A DNA stretch of 35,514 nucleotides, from the NCBI GenBank assembly GCA_027491395.1, contig JAOZFI010000053.1, positions 1 to 35,514 on the forward strand. Direction: 5' to 3'. Of the stretch, positions 1-8,899 are shown piece after piece; position 1 is the stretch's first letter, and every line of letters starts with the position of its first letter. The notes under the pieces were generated by a model that saw nothing but the letters and a program-made list of their open reading frames with translations, did not search any database and had not been told where the DNA came from. Made by a program: the position numbers and the translations under genes. Source of the stretch: Thermoproteota archaeon (GTDB taxonomy: Archaea > Korarchaeota > Korarchaeia > Korarchaeales > Korarchaeaceae).

Positions 1-33
1 ATTCTGAATTCCTTCTCCCTGTGGGGGGAGAAT

Positions 34-1392
34 ATGGTCGAGATAGAGGAGATAGGCGGAGAGCTGAGGATGGAGAGGATTGGGGCGCACAGCCACATAA
101 AGGGCCTCGGATTGGACGAGAACGGTAAGGCGAAACAGGTGGCGGATGGACTGGTCGGCCAGACTAGGGCCAGGGAGGCGGCCGGTCTGGTCGTGATGAT
201 GGCAAAGGAGGGGAAGCTGAGTGGGAAAGCAGTGCTGCTTGCGGGTCCTCCCGGTACTGGGAAGACCGCCATAGCCGTGGCCATGGCTAGGGAGTTGGGT
301 GAGGATGTTCCTTTCATCCAGCTGAGCGGATCCGAGATATACAGTACTGAGAGGAAGAAGACCGAGGTCCTGATGGAGGCGATGAGGAAGGCTATAGGCG
401 TTAAGGTCAGGGAACTGAGGAAGGTCTACGAGGGAGAGGTCAAGGAGCTGGACATCAAAATGGGATCCAGTCCCTACAATCCCTTCGTGAAGGTTCCCCA
501 AGAGGCCGTCATAACCCTGAAGACCACGGAGGAGGAGAAGAGGATAAGGGTCGGACCGAACGTGGCTAGGCAGCTCGCGGAATTCGGGATCGCTGAAGGA
601 GATGTGATAATGATAGACGCTAAGGACGGTAGGGTATCCAAGGTAGGCAGATCCACTGAATCGTTCTCATATGATCTGGAGGCGGAACAGCTCGTGCCTA
701 GGCCGGAGGGACCGGTTCTAAAGGAGAAGGAGTTCGTGTATGTACTAACATTGGACGATCTAGACAGAATGGTGGCTAGGAGGAGGAGCGGTGGTGGTTT
801 GTTCTCCCTGCTCTTCGGAGTTGAGGAGAAGGAGTTAGATCCCGAGGTGAGGGCCGCCGTGGATCAGCAGGTGAAAGAATGGGTTGAGATGGGCAGGGCG
901 GAGATAGTGCCGGGAGTGATGTTCATAGACGACGCTCACTTGATGGACATAGAAGCTCTGAGCTTCATTTCTAGGGCCATGGAGAGTGAGCTCGTACCCA
1001 TCATAGTGATGGCCACCAACAGGGGAATCACCAAGATAAGAGGAACGGAGATAGAGGCTCCCTTCGGCATGCCCCTTGATCTGCTGGACAGGCTCGTGAT
1101 AATAACAACTGACAAGTACAGCAAGGAGGAAATAGGCCACATACTCAGAATAAGAGCTAAGGAGGAGGGAGTCAAGCTTAGGGATGACGCCCTCGAACTT
1201 CTAATGGAGCTGGGTGCCGAAAAATCCCTCAGATACGCCGTTCAAATACTAGGAATAGCGGGTGTAAGGACCAGGGCCAAAGGAAAGGAGGAGATAGGCA
1301 GAGAAGATGTGAAAGAGGTGGCCAAGAGATTCAGCGATGTGAGGGAAGCGGTGGATCATCTGAGGAGGTACGAGGAGGAGCTGCTCAAGTAA
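34..1392 (+). CDS. tip49: TIP49/RuvB-like AAA+ ATPase (TBP-interacting protein 49 family)
   Basis: Hallmark ERIGAHSHIKGLGLD and GLVGQ..AREAAG, Walker A GPPGTGKT, Walker B FIDDAH, MATNRG, PLDLLDR, SLRYA. Confidence 0.95.
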   Translation: MVEIEEIGGELRMERIGAHSHIKGLGLDENGKAKQVADGLVGQTRAREAAGLVVMMAKEGKLSGKAVLLAGPPGTGKTAIAVAMARELGEDVPFIQLSGSEIYSTERKKTEVLMEAMRKAIGVKVRELRKVYEGEVKELDIKMGSSPYNPFVKVPQEAVITLKTTEEEKRIRVGPNVARQLAEFGIAEGDVIMIDAKDGRVSKVGRSTESFSYDLEAEQLVPRPEGPVLKEKEFVYVLTLDDLDRMVARRRSGGGLFSLLFGVEEKELDPEVRAAVDQQVKEWVEMGRAEIVPGVMFIDDAHLMDIEALSFISRAMESELVPIIVMATNRGITKIRGTEIEAPFGMPLDLLDRLVIITTDKYSKEEIGHILRIRAKEEGVKLRDDALELLMELGAEKSLRYAVQILGIAGVRTRAKGKEEIGREDVKEVAKRFSDVREAVDHLRRYEEELLK

Positions 1393-1395
1393 CCC

Positions 1396-2670
1396 TCATC
1401 TCCCTCTCATTTTGAAGAGAGTACATCTCTCCCCCTGAAACACGGGTTGGGCTCTCAACCTCCTCACGAGAGCTTCAGCCTTTGACGGGAGCGCTGAGCC
1501 CTTCGCCAGAGATCCCGGATGGGAGGGTTGACATATCAGCATGTAGCTGGCCCCTTCAGGCGTGGATGTCACATCAAAACTGAGGGTCTCCGCCCAGTAC
1601 CTGATCTTCACATCGGGGACGAAGATCGGAGAGCGATACCTATCTAAGATGTACTTCATCTCATTGAATGTGGCCATGTCCACGGTGGGCCTCACCGTGG
1701 AAGATAAGGTGAACCCCGAGGAGGCCACGAGCACCAGAGCTAGGACGGCGAGTATCCTCCCTCTCCCTACCTCAGCCTTCCCTCTAGAGAGTACGGCAGA
1801 TAGAGGTATCCCCCCCAAATTTCGAAACCTCATTATCCAACCTCTCCCGTAGAAAGGGAGGCTGAACAGTAGCGAGACTAGACCTAGGGAGCCGTGCATC
1901 GGTTCCTTGCTCTTGTACCATGACCAGAGGAGGAGAAGGGAGGACACTAAGGGCACCAAATCTAGAAGACCCGAAGATCCCACCTCTCCCTCAGCCACCT
2001 GTTCAACGAGGGCCACTCCCTTGGATACATCACCCCCAACTATCCAGGGCTGGAGAAAGGCTAAAGCGAGGAAGGCCGAACTAATTGAGGCCAAGGTCAT
2101 TGCCCTCCTGTCCCTCCTAAGTAAAGCGTAGAGGATGGAGAAGCCTACCGTGAACCCGAAATCTAAGATGTGGGTGAGCATGACCAAGAGAACCGAGATC
2201 GTCGCGCCCACTAGGTTCCTCAACCCACCCTCTCTCCCGTACTTTAATGAGAAGAATAGCCAAGAGAACACCCATATCAGACCAAAAGCATTCTTCACGA
2301 AGTCAGTGACCAATCTAACAGTGTAGTAGGAGGTGGTCAGTGCTAAAGCCCCCAAGATGGCTGCCTCATCATCTCCATCGACTTCCCTGAAGTACATGAA
2401 GGCCGGAACGAACATGAGCGAGGATATCATTGGGACCCCCACTTTCACTGCCAAGATATTGTCTCCAGTAGCTAAGTAGAAAGGAAGCAGCAGGTAGAAG
2501 GTTAGTGGAGGATCTGGATGTCTGAGGGTCCAGTAGCGGGCTATCCAACTCACTTGGGCGGAGTAGTAGGGCCCATCTATTAGGGGAAGCAGGGGGGTCC
2601 TGAAATAGGCGTACAGGTAGAGAGCTAGCGGGATGATCAGGAATAGGAGCCACCTTATCCCTTTAACCAT
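1396..2670 (-). CDS. Polytopic membrane protein, probable GT-C-fold glycosyltransferase (PMT/ArnT-like)
   Basis: Many hydrophobic segments; DGPYY and HPDPPL in the loop after the first TM helix, as in GT-C enzymes; small soluble C-terminal domain. Confidence 0.55.
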   Translation of the reverse strand: MVKGIRWLLFLIIPLALYLYAYFRTPLLPLIDGPYYSAQVSWIARYWTLRHPDPPLTFYLLLPFYLATGDNILAVKVGVPMISSLMFVPAFMYFREVDGDDEAAILGALALTTSYYTVRLVTDFVKNAFGLIWVFSWLFFSLKYGREGGLRNLVGATISVLLVMLTHILDFGFTVGFSILYALLRRDRRAMTLASISSAFLALAFLQPWIVGGDVSKGVALVEQVAEGEVGSSGLLDLVPLVSSLLLLWSWYKSKEPMHGSLGLVSLLFSLPFYGRGWIMRFRNLGGIPLSAVLSRGKAEVGRGRILAVLALVLVASSGFTLSSTVRPTVDMATFNEMKYILDRYRSPIFVPDVKIRYWAETLSFDVTSTPEGASYMLICQPSHPGSLAKGSALPSKAEALVRRLRAQPVFQGERCTLFKMRGR

Positions 2671-2891
2671 TCTTCAACCTCCTTTCTCAGGAAATAAGGG
2701 AGCTCGTCGAATGTGATGACTGTGGTTCTCGCCCTAAGATACGGTAGATCCCTGTCTTCAAAATTGCTGACAGCCAACACTCCTCCCTCGAACAGGTAGT
2801 ACGATACCTCTCCAATTACCTTGAGCGGAACGGCCTTCTCAAGGGTCACGCCCCTCAACCTCTCCTTGACCTCCTTCAGACTCAAAGCCAC
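2655..2891 (-). CDS. Small hypothetical protein
   Basis: 78-aa ORF with host-like composition and a G-rich SD; its 3' end overlaps the start of the downstream gene, as in an operon. Confidence 0.6.
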   Translation of the reverse strand: MALSLKEVKERLRGVTLEKAVPLKVIGEVSYYLFEGGVLAVSNFEDRDLPYLRARTTVITFDELPYFLRKEVEEWLKG

Positions 2892-2973
2892 CCCTCGCCG
2901 AATTAGCCTGCAGCATGAAAGTACTTCGCTTCCCCCCTATATCAAACTTTTTCATGCTGGTGCCTGCCTGAAC

Positions 2974-4485
2974 TTGGGTGATAGCACGAAAGCTAGCTGG
3001 AAGCTACTAGCTATTGTAATCACATTTTCAGTGTTGCTCATCCCCCCGCCCCACCTGAGCGCTCAAGATACCTTGACATGGTACGATCCATTGGAGGAGC
3101 CGCAACTACCTCAGCTGGATGTGAAGGCCATGCACATATCTTGGAACGGCAACATCACACTTGCCTTCTATTTCTACGGAACTCCCTCAGCGGAGAACTT
3201 CACCGTGATAGGCAATGTGTATCTGGACAGGCTCGTGGAGGGTGAGGGCGTACCCGAGGGTGACGTCAAGGGAGCGGACTACAGGCTGGTGTTCTTCGTG
3301 AACCCCAACCAGACGGACTGCTCGGTCCAGAGGTTCAACTCACTTAAGAATGGATGGGACAGACTTGCGGCCGCCTGCTGGGTGAGGATGGAGGAGGAGA
3401 GGGTGATACTCACCACCCCCAATGTGACGGCGGCCTTTCCCAAGGGAGAATTCGGTGTCAAGGCGTACATGTGGATGGTTGAGAGGGACGACTTCGACTG
3501 GGTGACCTACAAGCTGGAGAAGGAGGGAGCAGCGAGAATAGACGGAAAACTGGGGGACTACGGTGCCCCTACAATACTGGACTCCGTTGGGGATGCCGAC
3601 AGGGTAGCCGATTACAAGGAACTTTACGTTAAGGACGACTTTTACAGGATTTACTTCGCGATAGTACCTGTGGATGGGCTAGGCTGCAATCTAAGGGGTT
3701 ACGGAGCGAGGCTGGAGAGGTTCTTCAATGTATATGTGGATGCTGATCTAAACAGGAGCAACGGGCATGAGCTGTGGGAGAGCTACCTTTACAGGTGCAA
3801 TCTGACGGGCAGGACATGGGAGAGGCTCCCTACCAAAGCCATATACGTGTCAAATCCTGCCCTTAGGAGGAAGGGCTTGATGGTAGGTGATGTGTTCGAG
3901 TCCTACGTGTACTTGGGTCCGGTGAGAAAGCAGATAGTCAATCACGGCAGGCAACTCGGCCTAAGGGCCAGCGTGGTTACTAGGCTTATGGACGCGATCC
4001 CAGATAGCGGGTGGCTCATCTACCGCAGGGACCACCTCTCTCCAAGCTCCTTCGAGGTGACCGGTCCTGATGTTGACATTAGCATGAATAAGGATCTCTC
4101 AGACAGGTTCAAGGCCTTTGGAAAAGCATCGGGGATCTACAGGATAACATTGGGAGGTCCAGCGGTCAATCCATCCTACGGCGAGCCGGTAAAATTCGTT
4201 AAAGGAGAGAACGGCCTCTTCTATGGAGTTGAAGTCGGCAACACGACCTACTGGGCGTCCTACGGGCGCAGGGACTTCGCGGTAGTCGGAATCCACGAGG
4301 CTGGAGAGGGGATTTACATCACCGCAGCGGGAGTGACTAGGTTCGGGACCAGAGCCGCCTTGATGTGGCTCAGCGAGAACATGCCCCTATTGAAAGAGGG
4401 AACATACATCCTGAGCTGGATCGATGATGGAGACGGCAAGGTGGATATCAGCGAGATAGGGGTGGTAGCAGTTGAAGGATCCTAG
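2974..4485 (+). CDS. Secreted surface (S-layer-associated) glycoprotein
   Basis: Signal-peptide-like KASWKLLAIVITFSVLLI, multiple N-x-S/T sequons, and a C-terminal ITLGGPAVN...AGVTRFGTRAA resembling the archaeal S-layer C-terminal domain. The ORF-track start at 2821 overlaps the opposite gene, so the true start is probably TTG 2974 or ACG 2986. Confidence 0.7.
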   Translation: MGDSTKASWKLLAIVITFSVLLIPPPHLSAQDTLTWYDPLEEPQLPQLDVKAMHISWNGNITLAFYFYGTPSAENFTVIGNVYLDRLVEGEGVPEGDVKGADYRLVFFVNPNQTDCSVQRFNSLKNGWDRLAAACWVRMEEERVILTTPNVTAAFPKGEFGVKAYMWMVERDDFDWVTYKLEKEGAARIDGKLGDYGAPTILDSVGDADRVADYKELYVKDDFYRIYFAIVPVDGLGCNLRGYGARLERFFNVYVDADLNRSNGHELWESYLYRCNLTGRTWERLPTKAIYVSNPALRRKGLMVGDVFESYVYLGPVRKQIVNHGRQLGLRASVVTRLMDAIPDSGWLIYRRDHLSPSSFEVTGPDVDISMNKDLSDRFKAFGKASGIYRITLGGPAVNPSYGEPVKFVKGENGLFYGVEVGNTTYWASYGRRDFAVVGIHEAGEGIYITAAGVTRFGTRAALMWLSENMPLLKEGTYILSWIDDGDGKVDISEIGVVAVEGS

Positions 4486-5104
4486 GCTCGTACCGGTCGA
4501 GATAGCTATGATGCTCCTCCAAGAGATCCCTCAGAAGCTGCTCCGCGGAGTGGATCTGAAGCAGATAAGGGCTGAAGCCCAGACCATAGTCTACAGCTTC
4601 ATGTCATTGGAGGATCTGGCCGAGCAGGGAATGCTGGACGGGTTGGTTGCTAAGGGTAAAGAGCTACACTCCGTTTGGAGGGAATTGAGAGAGAGGGCCA
4701 GATCTCCATCTGACACCCTGAACGCGGCCAAGGTGAGGTTCGCGGCGATAACCTTAGAGGGCATTCCAAACCGAGTCGGTAGGGAGCAGAGGCTGTACAG
4801 CGGGATTGATTCACTATGGGGAACCATAGTCTCCATCAAACCATTCGATGGACTCAGAGCGACCGTGGTGGATGCGGGCGAGAGGTTCAATGTGGTCACT
4901 AACCTGCAAGTGAGGGAGGAGGAAGTGGTGGCCTTCGCCATACTCCCCCCAAGGAGGTTTAACTCTCATGTCTCGGAGGGCATGTTCATAGAGGCGGAGG
5001 GGAAGGGCAGGAGTGGTCAACCGGCGGCTCCAACCGAGAAGGGTAAGGGATCCATAGAGGCTGTTCTAAGGGAGGAGGCGGCTAGGCTTAAAGTGAAGAT
5101 ATGA
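4472..5104 (+). CDS. tRNA-binding OB-fold (Trbp111/EMAP-like) domain protein with N-terminal helical domain
   Basis: NVVTNL...VAFAILPPRRFNSHVSEGMF matches the tRNA_bind/EMAP motif. Confidence 0.75.
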   Translation: MKDPRLVPVEIAMMLLQEIPQKLLRGVDLKQIRAEAQTIVYSFMSLEDLAEQGMLDGLVAKGKELHSVWRELRERARSPSDTLNAAKVRFAAITLEGIPNRVGREQRLYSGIDSLWGTIVSIKPFDGLRATVVDAGERFNVVTNLQVREEEVVAFAILPPRRFNSHVSEGMFIEAEGKGRSGQPAAPTEKGKGSIEAVLREEAARLKVKI

Positions 5105-5114
5105 TGAACTAGCT

Positions 5115-6149
5115 CTAATCCCTCCTCAACTCTCTCAGCAGGTTCCTCCAGAAGAGGTAGTCCTGCTCGGCCCTGTACAGCTCTGACCTACCAGTTAGGT
5201 AGGAGTCCCATCTCCCAGCATACTCCAGAAGGAGGTCGTCTTTGTACCACCTCCCCAAGAAGTAAAGGAGCCTCACATGGAGCCTGTGGTAACGCTCATC
5301 TGCCTTTCCATGCTTCTTGGAATAGAGAGACCAGTTTCCTATATCATAATCTGGGAGCATTCTGTGCAGGGTCACGAGTCCCTCCATAACGAGCTGATAA
5401 CTTCTGCTATCATTCATCAGGCAGCTGTAAATGGTCAGTCCCTTCAAGGACAACATGAAGCCGTTTAGCACTAAATCATCAGGGGCGTTAGAATACTCCA
5501 AGAAGAACCTTCCATAGGTGGTATTCACGGAGAATCCACCCTCATTTCTTGGGATCAGGAAGCTGTTCGCGAAACCCTTCGCCGCTCTCAGGTATTTGAT
5601 GTCACCAAATTTCCTATATGCTATGGCGTAGTAACCAGCAGCCAGCCCCTGGCTCAAGGAAGAGTTCCAAGGGATCCCAGAAGCCTCCCATCGAAAGTAG
5701 AAGTTGAAGAACAACGTGTTATCCTTTTCCTCCGCATATGAGAGCATCCAGTCCATTATCTCCTTGAACTCACTCCAGTTCCTCCTGTACAGCAGGGCCT
5801 CAGTGGCTAGGTTCATAGCGTTGGTGGGATGGGCATTGAATCCCTGTCCCCTTATGTAGACGAGGGGGACGACCACACCTTCGGGTCTGTACCTCTCGAA
5901 CTCCAGGGGCATTCTGACCTTCTTGAAGTACTCTAGGTCGGCCTTCAAGGATTCGATCAACTGCTTTCTCGCGGCCTCCCTGCCCCAGACGAGATGCATT
6001 CGAAGCATCGTATCTAAGACATCAGCTAGGAGATAGTTCATCTCACGCCTTCCAATAATGGATCTGTGCTCACTACGGAGTGATGGAAGTAGAAGAACCA
6101 CTAATAACGCTAGAGAAGCGAGGAGTATCTTAGTGCGCTCTCTGGTCAG
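5115..6149 (-). CDS. D-glucuronyl C5-epimerase C-terminal domain protein, membrane-anchored or secreted
   Basis: WNSSLSQGLAA, FLEY, VLNGFMLSLKGL, LPDYDIGNWSLY, YHRLHVRLL motifs; the frame stays open upstream of GTG 6101 to CTG 6149 behind GAGGTGA, adding a complete hydrophobic leader. Confidence 0.75.
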   Translation of the reverse strand: MTRERTKILLASLALLVVLLLPSLRSEHRSIIGRREMNYLLADVLDTMLRMHLVWGREAARKQLIESLKADLEYFKKVRMPLEFERYRPEGVVVPLVYIRGQGFNAHPTNAMNLATEALLYRRNWSEFKEIMDWMLSYAEEKDNTLFFNFYFRWEASGIPWNSSLSQGLAAGYYAIAYRKFGDIKYLRAAKGFANSFLIPRNEGGFSVNTTYGRFFLEYSNAPDDLVLNGFMLSLKGLTIYSCLMNDSRSYQLVMEGLVTLHRMLPDYDIGNWSLYSKKHGKADERYHRLHVRLLYFLGRWYKDDLLLEYAGRWDSYLTGRSELYRAEQDYLFWRNLLRELRRD

Positions 6150-7818
6150 CGGACCTCACCTCGACCACCTTGTCCCTATAGAACGAGAGGGGGCATACGT
6201 CATTGCATATCCCGCACCTCGCGCACTTGTCGGGGAGTATCCGGGCCTTTCCTTGGATTTCGATTGCTCCAGATTCGCAGTACTCCCTACAAACTCCACA
6301 TCCTGTGCACGCGGATCTGGCGATCAGGACTCTAACCTTCTCCAACTCACCTTTATACGCGAGAAGCCCCCTATCCAAATTGATGACCTCTATCTCGAAT
6401 CCCCTGCCCGATACCCTCTCATTCATGACCTCTCCTAAGCTGTGAGCCAGGGATATGAATGTCTCTCCGTCGAAGGGATCGATAGTCAGATGTTTCCCGT
6501 GCGAATCAAAGGTCACAGTCACCAAAGCCCTTCTCCTCTCGGGACACAACTGCCCCATCCTCCGGGGTGGGTGGATCCACCTCCACATCCCGTACTTGAT
6601 CCAGCACTCGCCTAGCCCCTCTTTCGATGCGTACTCCAAGAGGAACGAGTGCCACCGCTCCCATAGACTCGGATATTGTTCCTTTAATTTCTCAAACTCG
6701 GAGAGTCTGGAAGCAGGGCACAGGTAGCATCCTAACCTCTCGAACCCCCTCTCGTAGAGAGGATTGGTCTTCACGGATCTCAGCCTCAGGTAAAGCCAAG
6801 TCTCTAGAGCGCTCCATTCGTTAATCGGAGCCCCCGTCAGGAATCCGGGGAGCCACCTGTTTCTCCAAATCGGAGGACTTCTCATCCTGGCAAGGGACTC
6901 GAACTTCCTCTGGCCCACCAAGGTGAGTCCCGGAGCTAAATCCCTCAATGCCCTGTAGGTCGGGAGGAGCTTTATTACCTTGCAGCACCACCTGTAATCC
7001 CTCGCGGGAGGTCCGAATCCATCCACGTTCTCCCAGAAGGCATTTCCGGCGTTACCCACTACATCGTATCCAACACCCTCCACGAACTTCAGCGTCTCGG
7101 GAAGCTCCAAACCTGTATCATTGAAGTAAACCAGATGGTCCACGCCACTCCTCCTCACGACCTCTAGGAGGGCTGAGCTATCCTTCCCGCCTGAGAATGA
7201 CACAATGGTCTTATCCGCCCGCTTCGATGCCCTCCACACGAATCTAATGGCCTTGGACTCGTCAGAGAGTAAGCACGGTTCATTCACCTTCAGAACACGA
7301 TTCCAGCTGCTTTTCTCCTCTAATAGGGTATCTCTTGGCTTAAACACCCGGGCAACTACATATTTGCCACCTACCCTCTCCGCCAATCCATTCTCCAGTA
7401 ATTTGAACTTGGGACCTCCATCAGCACGCCCGACTATCTCACCCCTCTTCCCCCCTAGGCTAAGGGTCTCCATCCTGTGACCTATTCTGTCGATTGATTG
7501 CTCGAGCGGTTTGAAGTACCACCTCATCTCGTACAAGTCGAAGAAGAGGTGTCCAAGGACTCCTCCGTCAGATATAACCTCGTAAGCGGTATCTAGATAG
7601 GGAGCCCTGCCAAAGAGGACGACTTCACTCCGTATGAGCTCGTTATAGGCTCCCGAACCGAACTGCTCGTCCACAACCCTCCTAAGCAGCTCGAGGTCCG
7701 CATTAGTCGCGGGTCTGGGATCGCTGATCTTGGATGTGGGGACTATTCTGACCCCCTGCTCGGCGCATCTTCTAGAGACAACGGGCACATTATCTTGAAC
7801 GCTCCAGTACAGCCTCAT
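6130..7818 (-). CDS. PAPS-reductase-family (PP-loop) protein with N-terminal PUA-associated-like region and C-terminal 2x[4Fe-4S] ferredoxin
   Basis: SFSGGKDS, WCCKVIK, GQRKFES..R, RLGCYLCP, CTGCGVCREYC and CARCGICNDVCP. Confidence 0.85.
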   Translation of the reverse strand: MRLYWSVQDNVPVVSRRCAEQGVRIVPTSKISDPRPATNADLELLRRVVDEQFGSGAYNELIRSEVVLFGRAPYLDTAYEVISDGGVLGHLFFDLYEMRWYFKPLEQSIDRIGHRMETLSLGGKRGEIVGRADGGPKFKLLENGLAERVGGKYVVARVFKPRDTLLEEKSSWNRVLKVNEPCLLSDESKAIRFVWRASKRADKTIVSFSGGKDSSALLEVVRRSGVDHLVYFNDTGLELPETLKFVEGVGYDVVGNAGNAFWENVDGFGPPARDYRWCCKVIKLLPTYRALRDLAPGLTLVGQRKFESLARMRSPPIWRNRWLPGFLTGAPINEWSALETWLYLRLRSVKTNPLYERGFERLGCYLCPASRLSEFEKLKEQYPSLWERWHSFLLEYASKEGLGECWIKYGMWRWIHPPRRMGQLCPERRRALVTVTFDSHGKHLTIDPFDGETFISLAHSLGEVMNERVSGRGFEIEVINLDRGLLAYKGELEKVRVLIARSACTGCGVCREYCESGAIEIQGKARILPDKCARCGICNDVCPLSFYRDKVVEVRSADQRAH

Positions 7819-7858
7819 TTCCGCTCAACTTTTTATTAGATCTATTCATGAGGGTTAG

Positions 7859-8899
7859 ATGCCACTTAAAGAGCTCAATATCAATGTGCCTTATATAATT
7901 CGCGTTGGGAGAGGGTCTATCTCCGAAGCCCCATCCCTCATTTCGGAGACGCTGGGCGAGAGGAGGAAAACCCTCATCTTGGGTAGTAGGAGTATCTGGT
8001 CAGAGGTGGAGTGGCTTTCATCAGAGCTACAAGCGAAAGGTTTAGATACCAAGGTGGCTAAGGTGGGGGCGGCATCCCCCGAGGAGGTCTCTAGGCTCGT
8101 AGGTGAGGGCAGAGGATCTTCCCTCATAATAGGAATAGGTGGTGGAAGGAACATAGATGTTGCCAAGGCTGTGGCCCACGATCTTGGGGCCAAGCTAGTT
8201 TCCATACCGACCACTACATCCACTGACGCCATGGCAACCCCCTTCGCCATTCTGTGGGAAGGAGGTAGATCCAAGGCGGTCAAGGGTGCAACACCCTTGC
8301 TCCTCATAGCCGACCTAGATCTAATATGGAGGGCTCCCGAGAGGCTCCAGTTCTCGGGATTCGGCGACTACATTGCCAAGGTAACCGCTCTCCCTGACTT
8401 GGAACTTGCCTACATGCTGGGCAGGGAGGAGAACTTCAGCCCTGTAGCCATGTCAATGGCCTACCAGTTCACGGAGATGCTCATAGAAGTGGCCGATGGA
8501 ATACCCGTGAGGGACGAGGAAGTGTGGAAGCTCTACGTCCTCCTCTTGGCCTTAGATGGCATGCTTATGAGCATGTGTAACACCACTAGGATAGCCGCTG
8601 GTAGCGAACATCTCTTCGCCTACGCCTTAGAGGAGGTAACTGGAAAGGGACTCCTACATGGGGAGACTGTTGGTCTGGGTGCAGCCCTGCTGGCTACCCT
8701 CCACGGGATAGACAGGGAATACGTGCTCGATGCTTTGGACAGGGCATCCCTACCCACGAGCTTCTCCGACTTGGGGGTGTCCAAGGAAGAGGTGGTTACC
8801 GCGCTCACTATCGCTCATAAAATGAGGAACTGGTACACAGTGCTGGGGGAGGGAATGGGCCGAGAAGCTGCTGAGAGACTGGCTGAGGGCCTCGTCTAA
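7859..8899 (+). CDS. egsA: sn-glycerol-1-phosphate dehydrogenase family (EgsA/AraM)
   Basis: IGIGGGRNIDVAK, IPTT..D, GFGD..AK, GSEH, LHGE.VG, R.WYTVLG. Confidence 0.8.
   Translation: MPLKELNINVPYIIRVGRGSISEAPSLISETLGERRKTLILGSRSIWSEVEWLSSELQAKGLDTKVAKVGAASPEEVSRLVGEGRGSSLIIGIGGGRNIDVAKAVAHDLGAKLVSIPTTTSTDAMATPFAILWEGGRSKAVKGATPLLLIADLDLIWRAPERLQFSGFGDYIAKVTALPDLELAYMLGREENFSPVAMSMAYQFTEMLIEVADGIPVRDEEVWKLYVLLLALDGMLMSMCNTTRIAAGSEHLFAYALEEVTGKGLLHGETVGLGAALLATLHGIDREYVLDALDRASLPTSFSDLGVSKEEVVTALTIAHKMRNWYTVLGEGMGREAAERLAEGLV

Noticed and set aside
2821-2973. N-terminal extension of the surface protein in the ORF track
   Set aside because: Overlaps the opposite-strand gene and the promoter region, and precedes the signal peptide
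5101-5186. ATGATGA C-box-like motif at the stop of the tRNA-binding gene
   Set aside because: The nearest CTGA is about 80 nt away; explained by the stop codon context
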